Below, piece after piece: positions 19,157 through 29,200 of a DNA stretch of 63,312 nucleotides (within the stretch, counting starts at the first letter, position 1; each line of letters begins with the position of its first letter). Made by a program: the position numbers and the translations under genes. The notes below the pieces were generated by a model, which worked only from the letters and a program-made list of their open reading frames with translations, was not told the DNA's origin and made no database searches. The stretch is from Nanobdellota archaeon (lineage in GTDB: Archaea; Nanobdellota; Nanobdellia; Woesearchaeales; GCA-2686295). Location: NCBI GenBank assembly GCA_018817005.1, contig JAHIUF010000015.1, forward strand, positions 1-63,312. Reading direction: 5' to 3'.

Positions 19157-19819
19157 ATGAACAAACTACCAACATTTCCTGAAGTAGTGGAAGAAAAGAA
19201 AAGAAGTCCACTCAGATATATTCTTGCAGTATTCTTGATTTTTTTATTGATTGTAATGATTATTCCATATTATAATATAAAACTTGACCCCAGACCTGAA
19301 AACATACCATCTGTTGAGGATGTTTTTTTCTTTGAAGGCACACTTTCAAACAAGACGTATCACATCTCCACAGTACAAGATTTCAAAGAATTTGTTGATC
19401 CTACAAATCCAGTCATCAAAAGAACTGCAAATCTTATTGCTACAAAGACTTGTTCTGGAGAAAGAGTTTGTCAAGCGAAAGCCATGTATTATTTTGTGAG
19501 AGACAATATTGAATATGTGCCTGACCCTGTAAATTTTGAATATGTTGAACCCGCTGTTGAAGTATTGTTTTCTAAAGGTGCTGATTGTGAATCAGGGACT
19601 TTTCTGCTCGCATCTTTGCTTGAATCAATTGGTGTGGATACAGAATTAGTGTTTGTTCCTAAACACGCTTTTTTAAGGGCAAAAATTCCTGATGCTTTAA
19701 AAAGCTATAAAATTGAAGGTTGGGTGTACTTGGATTGGACTTGTAAGAATTGTGAGTTTGGAGAAATTCCTTTAGGTAATTCTTTTGAGAAAAGAACTTT
19801 TCTTGATGTTGGTCGATGA
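19157..19819 (+). CDS. Membrane-anchored transglutaminase-like protein
   Basis: N-terminal TM; GADCE, HAF and LDWT give a Cys-His-Asp triad. Confidence 0.85.
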   Translation: MNKLPTFPEVVEEKKRSPLRYILAVFLIFLLIVMIIPYYNIKLDPRPENIPSVEDVFFFEGTLSNKTYHISTVQDFKEFVDPTNPVIKRTANLIATKTCSGERVCQAKAMYYFVRDNIEYVPDPVNFEYVEPAVEVLFSKGADCESGTFLLASLLESIGVDTELVFVPKHAFLRAKIPDALKSYKIEGWVYLDWTCKNCEFGEIPLGNSFEKRTFLDVGR

Positions 19820-19825
19820 TTTGAT

Positions 19826-20365
19826 TTATCTGCATTCAGGACATTTTTTCATGCCATCAATTTCTAAAAGACTATCTGAAAAGTTACCGCATGACTCACA
19901 AAGACCTGACTCTTCCCTAAGAGGTTTTGTATCTTCTTCCCGAAGTCGTATTTTTTCAACTAGTAACTCAAAAAGTTGAGGCTCTATTTTTAAGATATCT
20001 TTCATAGTTAAAAATCCAACAAATTTATCGTCATCAACAACCGGGAGATGCCTAATATCATTGTTTCTCATCATAAGCATGGCATCGTATATGTCTTTAT
20101 CGGGTGTTACTGTGAAAAGATTTGTAACCATTATTTCTCGCGCTAACACTTCCTTGGGATTTCTGTTTTTAGCCACTACTTTGTAAACCATATCTTGTTC
20201 AGTTATTATTCCATGAACAACTTTTCCATCTTTTACTAGTATGCTGCCAACTGAGAATTTTTTCATCATCTTTGCGCATTCCTCGGCGGTATAGTGTTCT
20301 TGTACACAGATAGGTTTAGTGGTCATGGCATCAAAAACCCTTATGCCTGTTTTTACATTACTCAT
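19826..20365 (-). CDS. CBS-pair protein with C-terminal Zn ribbon
   Basis: GIITEQD, IRHLPVV, CESCG and CPECR. Confidence 0.9.
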   Translation of the reverse strand: MSNVKTGIRVFDAMTTKPICVQEHYTAEECAKMMKKFSVGSILVKDGKVVHGIITEQDMVYKVVAKNRNPKEVLAREIMVTNLFTVTPDKDIYDAMLMMRNNDIRHLPVVDDDKFVGFLTMKDILKIEPQLFELLVEKIRLREEDTKPLREESGLCESCGNFSDSLLEIDGMKKCPECR

Positions 20366-20513
20366 TTTAATTAGAAAAAGTTATCTCTGTTTAAAAAGAT
20401 TACTGTTATCTGGAATGTGACAATAGTTATTGGATTGCTTTTCACATTCTATTGTCTAAAGGAAATTATTATCAGTCTAATTTTTAATTACCTTTAGTAA
20501 TCGACCGATTGTT

Positions 20514-22343
20514 TTAGTAATTTATAAGTATCTCGACGTCTTTTCCGAAGATGTTTTTTAAGTCTTCAAAAATTGGCTCTTTTATAAATGCTTTTTCAGG
20601 TATTTCAATTGCGGCAAGAGCTTTTTCTAACTCTTCAAGATTTGATTTACTTATAGATCCTAACGAACCTTTTTCTGTTATTTCTGCTTTTGATATATCT
20701 TTATCATCATTGTCAATGTCATGGATTATATATGCTTCTTTTCCAAGCAGTATTACTTCTCCATATTTTTTTCCGTGCTTGACACGAATCTTTGTTCTTT
20801 CGAGTTCTCGTCCTCTTTTTCTTTGAATGTATTCTACGAGGAACTTGATGAGTTCTCTTCCTTCTTTCATAACCTTGTGTATTTCTGTTTTTGTAAGTTT
20901 TTTTGCATCATAGTCTTTTTTGGCTTTTGAAATGGTTTTTAACACTCTTAAAAACTTTTCAGGTATTAGGCCTTTGTTTATAACTTCTGATCCAAATACT
21001 GTTATTATGTCTGTATCCTTTACTCGTTCTATTCCTTCAAGCCTTAAAATATCTCTAATAATGGTTACGACACTTTCATATGTGTGTAGGACTGATTCTT
21101 CTTCTTTTAAGGTTTCTATTTGTTCAAATAGTTTATTTAGTCTTTTCAGGTATTTTTCTGCATCTGATAATAAGACATCCAGTTCTTTTCCTGAAAGTTC
21201 TTTTTTTGTTCCGTGTTCCATGTCTTTTCTTACTTTTATATTTCTTTTTAATATATCAACATATTCTTTTTCCAAAAGTTTGTCTTTTTCAACGAACACC
21301 TCTGTTAATACATCCGGTGTTTCTTTAGGTGTTGGTGGTGGAACTCCATACATCATAAGGGCTGCTTGTGATGGGGTTAGTATTGCATAAAACAAATCTT
21401 CCATACCTATATCTTTAATTTTTAGTTTTACTCGCTCTATCATTTGTTCGCCGGTTGATTTAAACATCTCAATTGCTTCTGGACTTGGTTTGACACGACC
21501 CATGTGAAGTAATTGTTTCCAGGGCATAAATATTCCTCTGTCATAAAATGGTACTCCATCTCTTAGGAAAGTAAAGATTATTGGGTTTGCTTCTTTGATG
21601 TTCTCCCAGAAATCTGTAAGAATATATACTTGCACATTTAATTTGTTCTCGATTCCGGTCATCTTTCCTGCATCGATACCCATTCCTATTATTATGGCTC
21701 TGAGTTTATCTTTTAATTCTGCGCGAGTCATCTTTTTTACGTCTGTGTCGTCGATAACAATGAATACATCTATGTCTGATTCTGGTGTTGCTCTTCCTTG
21801 GACAAGTGATCCTGCAAGAACATATGAAACAATATATTTTTCGAATTTCTTTAGAACCATTGTTTTGTGTATTTCTGCAATTTTTATTGCTGCAAGCATT
21901 CCTTTATCAAAAACAGGGGCAGACATAGCTATCATTTGTAAGAGATCATATTTTGCATCATAGCAAGATTGCCATAGTTCTGTTAATATTATTGTTTCAA
22001 CATTAAGATTTTTGTCAATGTCTTCAGCCATTTTTGCGATGATTGTTGTGAGCTTTTCTTTTAGCTCTTCTTTGGACATTTTCTGGCTGTCTGAATCATC
22101 TATTAGAACTAATGTGTTTATTTTTTCTTTATTCTTGTCATCTTTTTCTGGGGGCAAAAGTGCGATGCCCATGATGTAATTATCAAATTTTTCTAAAAGT
22201 TTTTTTTGGAATTGATCTAGCTTTTCTTTTATCGCTTCAAGCTTCTTTTTTGTTTCGTCAGGAATATCTATTTGTAATTGATCTATTTGTTGATTTGGAG
22301 TATCTGATTTTTTCTCTGATTTTTTCTTAGCCAAATATATCAC
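20514..22343 (-). CDS. Tandem nucleotidyltransferase (one degenerate) plus HEPN-like helical protein
   Basis: LAGSLVQG..SDIDVFIVIDD; degenerate N-terminal copy NTLVLIDDSD; start probably TTG at 22334. Confidence 0.8.
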   Translation of the reverse strand: MIYLAKKKSEKKSDTPNQQIDQLQIDIPDETKKKLEAIKEKLDQFQKKLLEKFDNYIMGIALLPPEKDDKNKEKINTLVLIDDSDSQKMSKEELKEKLTTIIAKMAEDIDKNLNVETIILTELWQSCYDAKYDLLQMIAMSAPVFDKGMLAAIKIAEIHKTMVLKKFEKYIVSYVLAGSLVQGRATPESDIDVFIVIDDTDVKKMTRAELKDKLRAIIIGMGIDAGKMTGIENKLNVQVYILTDFWENIKEANPIIFTFLRDGVPFYDRGIFMPWKQLLHMGRVKPSPEAIEMFKSTGEQMIERVKLKIKDIGMEDLFYAILTPSQAALMMYGVPPPTPKETPDVLTEVFVEKDKLLEKEYVDILKRNIKVRKDMEHGTKKELSGKELDVLLSDAEKYLKRLNKLFEQIETLKEEESVLHTYESVVTIIRDILRLEGIERVKDTDIITVFGSEVINKGLIPEKFLRVLKTISKAKKDYDAKKLTKTEIHKVMKEGRELIKFLVEYIQRKRGRELERTKIRVKHGKKYGEVILLGKEAYIIHDIDNDDKDISKAEITEKGSLGSISKSNLEELEKALAAIEIPEKAFIKEPIFEDLKNIFGKDVEILINY

Positions 22344-22478
22344 CTTTATTCTTTTTTTTACAATGAGTAGATTGTATAGTTTTTATTATAAATTCGATGT
22401 TTATAAATATTACGCTATTATTCTCTGAAATCGAAAGGTTTATTAAGTTGTTATGCCTCATAAATAGTGGTGGTAATT

Positions 22479-23168
22479 ATGGATGAAAAAAAAGAAAAAC
22501 CAGAGGATGATTGGGATTATGATAATATTGACAAGACTATTGAATCAAGAAAAACAGATATGGATGGAATTATTGGTTCTGTTAAAGCCATGGATAGTCA
22601 TTTAAATTACAAGATTGCGGAAATTCTTAAGAAGTATAGTGGCGAAGGAACTATCAAATATACTATTCTAGAAGAAGGTCATAAAGATTATAATGAAAAA
22701 GCTAAGAAAGAGGTTGAAGATCTTGTTGATAAGGTTTATGATGTTAATTCTGATATTCATCCACTTAAAGATGTTTTAAGCGGTGATATGTTAAAAAATA
22801 ATTATTTTAACAAGAAAATGATTGATGGCATCTACACACCTCACAAGAATAAAATTAAGCAATCTGTGGGTAAAAAGGATTTTATGGCTATTGCTGAAGA
22901 TGAACAAACAGCGAATTTTAAGAAACTCAACAATGAACTTTTTCAGCATTCGATAGAAGACATAAACCCGGACAAACATGGTGATGGTTGGATGAAATAT
23001 CTTATTAAAGAACATAATCTTGATGAAGAAAAGATACATAAAGATTCTATGAGAAGAAATATTCAAAATTATGCGTTTGGTCACATAACTAGGCAATTTA
23101 ATAAAGATAAGTTATATTCAGAACATCATAAATATTTAAACGATAAAAAGACTAAAGAAGAAAAGTAA
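22479..23168 (+). CDS. Hypothetical protein, tandem paralog A
   Basis: Colinear similarity with the next ORF (IESRKTDMDGIIGSVKA vs IETLKNDAENTIGMIKA; HPLKDV vs NPLHGI). Confidence 0.7.
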   Translation: MDEKKEKPEDDWDYDNIDKTIESRKTDMDGIIGSVKAMDSHLNYKIAEILKKYSGEGTIKYTILEEGHKDYNEKAKKEVEDLVDKVYDVNSDIHPLKDVLSGDMLKNNYFNKKMIDGIYTPHKNKIKQSVGKKDFMAIAEDEQTANFKKLNNELFQHSIEDINPDKHGDGWMKYLIKEHNLDEEKIHKDSMRRNIQNYAFGHITRQFNKDKLYSEHHKYLNDKKTKEEK

Positions 23169-23359
23169 TTTTTCTTTATTTTTTAATTTATTTCTAATTT
23201 TTGATTGAATCTATTGTCATTCTGCTTAGAATTAAGGGTACCTCTTTTGGTTTTTTGTATTGTAAACCACAGGTAGTATTTAAATATTTTTATTTTAATC
23301 ACTTAATAGTAGTTAAAAAACGAAAGATTTATATACTTGAAAGAATCATAACAAGTAAA

Positions 23360-24028
23360 ATGACTGAACAAACCCTAACAAACATAATCGATGGAAAGAT
23401 TGAAACACTGAAAAATGATGCTGAAAACACAATCGGCATGATTAAAGCATGGCAAGGAAACATCTTCTATGAAATAACAAAGATGCTGAAAGAAAAAAAA
23501 GGAAAAGTAGATTACTCAGCACTACAAGAAGAAGAAATAAAAAACGCAGCAGAAGCAATAATAGAAAGCGCATACAGTCTTGAAAATGCAAACAACCCAT
23601 TGCATGGAATTGTTAATAAAACAGACAACGCATTCATAGACTCGATGATTACAAACACATTCTTACCGGACAAAAGCAAATTATTAAGCGCACTAGGAAA
23701 AAAAGGATTTGTAAATGTTTATGATCTCACGATAAGTGAAAAAACAGATTCACTAAAAGAACAATCTATAAGCACGATTTTATCAGGACTTAAGATTGAT
23801 GCAAACCCGGATATTTACACGAACTACTTAATGCAAACATACAACGTAATGCCAAACGAAGTAAACGTGCCAACAATGAAAGCAGGAGTGAAAAACTTTA
23901 TGGAATATCACTTGTATGGAAAGCTAAACAAAGACGTGATAAAAAAGAATGCTGCGCCAGAAAAACCTACAAGCAACTTGACATTGCCAGGAACTTCAGG
24001 ATACGAAGAAATATTGCGACGATTATAA
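23360..24028 (+). CDS. Hypothetical protein, tandem paralog B
   Basis: Start MTEQ downstream of the GAAAGATTTATATA promoter. Confidence 0.7.
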   Translation: MTEQTLTNIIDGKIETLKNDAENTIGMIKAWQGNIFYEITKMLKEKKGKVDYSALQEEEIKNAAEAIIESAYSLENANNPLHGIVNKTDNAFIDSMITNTFLPDKSKLLSALGKKGFVNVYDLTISEKTDSLKEQSISTILSGLKIDANPDIYTNYLMQTYNVMPNEVNVPTMKAGVKNFMEYHLYGKLNKDVIKKNAAPEKPTSNLTLPGTSGYEEILRRL

Positions 24029-24079
24029 AAACAAAAAAAATAGTTTTTTATTTTTTTCTTTAATTTTCTTTTTCTATTC

Positions 24080-26251
24080 TTAACCAAAAATAGGTAACAA
24101 ATCAGAACGATGAGTTACTGAGTAATTCTCATAAGAAGTAAGAGTGCTTAAATCTTTAAAGTCAGACCATTGATCAACATCAGGAACAACCAAATTCAAA
24201 GTTATAACACCAGATTCTAAATTCTCAAGAGAAATATTAACAAAACCACTAGTTGATTCATCAAAAAGAATACCACCGGTAAAAACAGTTGAATTAAAAA
24301 CAATCTCCTCAATAGTTTGACATTCTTGACCCGCAAATAGACCAGCATCATAACACATTTCCTTTTCTGGAAAAACTATTTCTTGACGTGAATAATTATC
24401 ACCAACACCTAAAAGACTGTAAGCCTCAATCTTGTATAATCCACTAACAAGCTCCACGGGAACTCTATCAGAATTAAAACCTAAAACGTTGTACACACTA
24501 ACAAACTCATCATCACTAATGCTTGTTCTCTGCCTTGTAAAAATAATGATAACTGATTCATCATCATCTAAGTACATACTCTGATTTCTAAAAACCCATT
24601 CAAATTCACCCATTGAAATCGGCTCTTTTTTAAGCTCCTTTTTTTGAATCTTCATGTTCAACTCAGAAACTGGTTCAAGAGATAATTGAATCTCTTTTGA
24701 AACACCAACACTTGTTGTTAAAAGCTCCGGAGTTACAAAATAATCTTCTTTCATGCCAGTAACAAGACCATCCATACAAATAGGAAGCTTAGAAACAACT
24801 TTTGCTTCACCATCAGATATTTTTGACTCACCAATAAAAGCCGATTCATCAACACAATCAAAAGAAACCAAAACGTGTTCTAAAGGCAGATTTGATTTCT
24901 TGTCAATCGTTTTGATAGTTATATCTCCTGAAGTCCAATGAAGAGGATTTCCAAATAATGAATCTTCTTCAACGAGTTCAAAAGAAAGATTCAGAGCATC
25001 AGTTGTTATTGGTGCATTATTACGAATATTTACCTCAAAAGCGAATTGTAAAGTGAAACCCTTACCTCCAAAAGCATATTTATCCTCCAAAGTAACAAGC
25101 ATAGGATAAGAAACATCATATGTAAAATCATAAGTTTGCAAAGCCAAAGGAATGATGAAAGTGCTAAAATGAGAATCAGGCATGATAACACCACCATTAC
25201 TAGGAGAGATATCTAAGTAGATAGGCCACCATGGAAGGTATTGAAAATTAATCTTCACTTTAGAAAGTTCATCAGAATCATAATAAATCGAACGACCAAA
25301 CTGTGTAAAAATAGACTGAGAAAACTCATCATCAGAAATATAGCGCATATGTTCTTTTGAACCGAGAATCTGATTGTAAGGAACATATTCTGCTAAAAGA
25401 TTCTGCAAAGCGTCTTTAACTTCTGAATAAATCCAAATTTGTGGCGCTGCAAATTCATAAACAGTAAACCCTGTTGATGGTGGCAAAGGTGAATCATCAC
25501 CCATAGAATTAGTATCAATAATCATGGTTGTAAAATCCTCAAAAGTTCTCGAACCATTATCTAATTCTAATTGCTGCAAAATTTGCATCCCTATTAAGTA
25601 AAGCCTTTTAAAATCCACATCTAAAGTTGTTTGAAAAGAATTCATATCAACAACTTCTCCCTGTGAAATAATTCTTAAAGGCAAAGTCGAACTAATCTTA
25701 ACATCAGTTTCTGAAAAAATAATGTTGGACTCTAAATCACCCAAAACCTCAACACTATATAAATCATTAAAAGGTTTGAAATTATTAAGACATGAGTCAA
25801 TATTTTCATCAAGATAAATCGCGAGCTGAGATTCTATCGATGAAGAAATTTGCCCTTCTAGAACCGGAATGTTTGTTTCAAAAAAACAATCAGTACAGCT
25901 CATGCTACTTTTTAAATGATACCAATAAGGAACATATTCACCCGAGCCAGGAAAAACCTCTAAAGCAGATGACGAAGTTGGCATACCAGGAATTGCATAA
26001 AAACCCTGATTTTCAGGAGCGATGTACCCTCCATGAAACCCAATTTTTTTAAGACCTTCTTTTGCAATTTCAGAAATACAAGTTTCAACATAATTTTTCA
26101 AGGGAACAAACTCTGTCTGAACACTGGTTGTTTCATCTATTGGAGGTAAATTTTTCATACTTATACTTCGCATCATAAGAAGCAATCCAACTAAAACAAT
26201 CATAACTAGTCCTGCAATCACAAATAATGTTATTTGAGCTTTTTTATTCAT
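24080..26251 (-). CDS. Large surface protein with class III (pilin-type) signal peptide
   Basis: MNKKA|QITLFVIAGLVMIVLVGLLL; YVETCI, GFHGGY and VPYWY; acidic beta-rich body. Confidence 0.8.
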   Translation of the reverse strand: MNKKAQITLFVIAGLVMIVLVGLLLMMRSISMKNLPPIDETTSVQTEFVPLKNYVETCISEIAKEGLKKIGFHGGYIAPENQGFYAIPGMPTSSSALEVFPGSGEYVPYWYHLKSSMSCTDCFFETNIPVLEGQISSSIESQLAIYLDENIDSCLNNFKPFNDLYSVEVLGDLESNIIFSETDVKISSTLPLRIISQGEVVDMNSFQTTLDVDFKRLYLIGMQILQQLELDNGSRTFEDFTTMIIDTNSMGDDSPLPPSTGFTVYEFAAPQIWIYSEVKDALQNLLAEYVPYNQILGSKEHMRYISDDEFSQSIFTQFGRSIYYDSDELSKVKINFQYLPWWPIYLDISPSNGGVIMPDSHFSTFIIPLALQTYDFTYDVSYPMLVTLEDKYAFGGKGFTLQFAFEVNIRNNAPITTDALNLSFELVEEDSLFGNPLHWTSGDITIKTIDKKSNLPLEHVLVSFDCVDESAFIGESKISDGEAKVVSKLPICMDGLVTGMKEDYFVTPELLTTSVGVSKEIQLSLEPVSELNMKIQKKELKKEPISMGEFEWVFRNQSMYLDDDESVIIIFTRQRTSISDDEFVSVYNVLGFNSDRVPVELVSGLYKIEAYSLLGVGDNYSRQEIVFPEKEMCYDAGLFAGQECQTIEEIVFNSTVFTGGILFDESTSGFVNISLENLESGVITLNLVVPDVDQWSDFKDLSTLTSYENYSVTHRSDLLPIFG

Positions 26252-26255
26252 ATTA

Positions 26256-29200
26256 TTAACCTTCCACAACAATAGTTTGACAAAGTCTATTTCCATTTTC
26301 TAATTCTATTCTATCGAAATAATTATACAAGTCATTATTCAAAAATTCTATGCACACCTTATTATAAACTTGTGTGCTATTATATCTAAGCATACCCGAT
26401 CCGCTGAAAGTAACTTTCTCGCCTTGAAGAAGAGTTACAGCACCGTTTTCAAATCCTCGAACCTCTGAAGTCAAATCCTTTCTAGGGGTGAAAAGCAGCA
26501 CTTTAAACTTTAAACCATCCTTTTTAGCATTGTAAACACCACCAGATATAAAATAATCATAATAACTATAACCACTATCAGTTGCCATTCGCTGGCTTCT
26601 CGTAGCAGTAATATAAGAAGCGCTTGTATAAGATAATGTTCCTTCTTTAATCATAGTAAAAGATGATTGGTCGGCGTTCTTGTCATACTTACCTTGACAA
26701 ATCTGTGTTTCAGGGAAAGCAACCTTGTCAATCGCTTTGTTAGCCTCATTTAAAAGATTAGTAAGCCATGGCATAAAATGAGAATCCTCACCCCTTTTAA
26801 GACCAAATAAATCTTTCATCAAACCCATAGTTTTTCCAATGCCAAGCATACTCTGCCAAGCACCAAAACCAGTCCAAAGAAGCTCGTAATTAGCATCAGT
26901 CTTAAGATTTGCCATGCCTTTATCCATGTCTTGCTTTAATTTTTTATCTTGCTTCTCAAGAGTTTTTATATCTTTATTTAGTTTTTTCAATCTTTCTTTT
27001 GCTTGCTCCTCAGTATACAATTCCGGCTCACCATCCTCATAAATCCAAATTGTGTTATCTCCTTCAGCAATTTGAGATTCAATATCAACTATTTTACCTG
27101 ATTTGGTTGATATGTCTGTGTCTCTATCTGCCTTACCATTATAATAAGCATCTTGCGCATCAGCATAAGCTATCATAGAAGTAGAAAGGTCAGGATATTC
27201 TTTAGCAAAGTCTCTTATCAATTTACTTTGAGTTCTTGTTGCTTCTTCATAACCATTTTCTCTCACAACTTTTGCTTTTTCAAAATTAGGTTTTCCATTC
27301 TTAAAAAGACCTAAATCAGCATACCAGCCATATTCATCTTCTTTATCAACATTTATAACAACACTAGAGGGAGTCCCTGAGCCAGTTGATGAATCTGTAC
27401 TATCTGCACCAGTTGTACCTGAAGCAATTTCAAGAGAAGTGGAATCAAAAAACAATGTTTGTGCTAACTCGTCACCAGAAGTGCCTGCAGGAATCTGTGG
27501 AGGAATTATTTCTCCTGTATCAAGATTAGTACTGGGTCTAGAAGCTAAGTAATCAGCGATAATTATTGACTTGGATATGTCATTAAATTCTTTATTAATT
27601 TCTGAAGCAGTTCCTTTATACTCTGCTCCTCCGCTGCCATCATCATAGAATATGTAAACATCGTTAGAATATATATTTCCATCATTAGTTGTTCCTCGAC
27701 CTGTAGCGCCAACTTCTGCTGAGAAGCTTAAGCCTTTCATTCCTGATGCATCGTTGAATGTGCACATTCCGTCTTTGCAGGTTCCGATTACTGCTCCTGC
27801 ATCATTTTTTATGTCTTGTTGGAAATCTACGAGGTCTGGTTGTGTTGACATACCTTGCCAGTATTGAGTTCTTGGATCGATTGCAGTGATTACTTGTTCA
27901 CAATAATTATCTATTCCAGGATCTACCAGTCCTCTTGGGTCTATCATATCACCTATTATGCTCCAAACCCTAGTTATGGATGTTATTCCTGCAAGTGCGT
28001 TGCATGTTCCTTTTACTGCATGTTCTATTGGTGTTATTCCTGGTAGTAATTTACAGCCAACTGAAACTCCCGCTGTTGTTAAAAATGTTACTGGGTCGCT
28101 AAAGATTCCTTTTATCGTGTTTCCAAGGTCTCTTATGAGAGAATAAAAAGGAATAATACTAAATATGCCGCCCAAAGTATGCACACATTCTGCGTAGTGC
28201 TTGTCTGCTTTACATTGGCTTGGTGATGAACCCATATAACCTGTTCCTTCACTTAAGCATCTTGCATAGTTGCATTCTATTGCCATGCTTGTTTGTCTGT
28301 GCACAATTATTGCTGGTAAGCAAAAACTAGCAATTGCCATTGCCTTACTGTTATAGGGATTAAATGCTTGTTTGACATCATTATAACCCGCAAGTTTTGC
28401 TGCAAAATCCACGCCAGGAATTTGTCCCATTAAATTAGAAAGCCACATTTGCCAATCAGCTGTACAGGTAAAAGCTTCACATATTGGAAGAACAAATTTT
28501 TGAACTGCAACATTATCTCCTAAAACACCTGTTGCACTGCTTACTTGCCCTAAAGAGAATGGCACATATGATAATGATGGAACAGCTGCAAGTCCTGCTG
28601 TCGCTGTTTCAGCAACGCCTGTTGCTTCTGATAATCCTTTTATTCCAGTAACAATTTGACACCCAAAATATATTTTTCCAAAAGTATCCTGTAGTTTTGA
28701 TATCCAGTCTCTGTCTTTTTGTATGTTTACTTCTGCTTTCACTATTTCTTCTCTTATTCTTTGACTCATTGATTTGATTGCGTCAAAATCTATTTCTATG
28801 AAGAAGTCTTGTGTTTCATAAATCGTGTTTACAAAGTCTCCTCTTTTAGTAAGTATGTTTACACTGCAGTTATATTTGGCTTTTGTCAGATTTTCGTATC
28901 TGTGACCGGCCATTTGAGCCATTTCTGCTGTCAAATAAATCTTGTCTTGTGAAAAGTATAAAATGTTTGGATCTTTAATATCCGAGTCATCACCAAGTAT
29001 TCCTTTACATTCAAATGAGTTTTCTTCAACATCAATTATTTCTGAACTTTCTTTTCCTGGTTGTGGTTTTAAATCAAGGTTCACAAATATTTTTCTTGGA
29101 AATACAAGATTGTCTTTGTTTACTTTTTTTGGACTTTGCTGTATACTTTCTATGACCCAATTATCTGGTGTTATGTCTTCATCTGCTCCGTAGATTTGTA

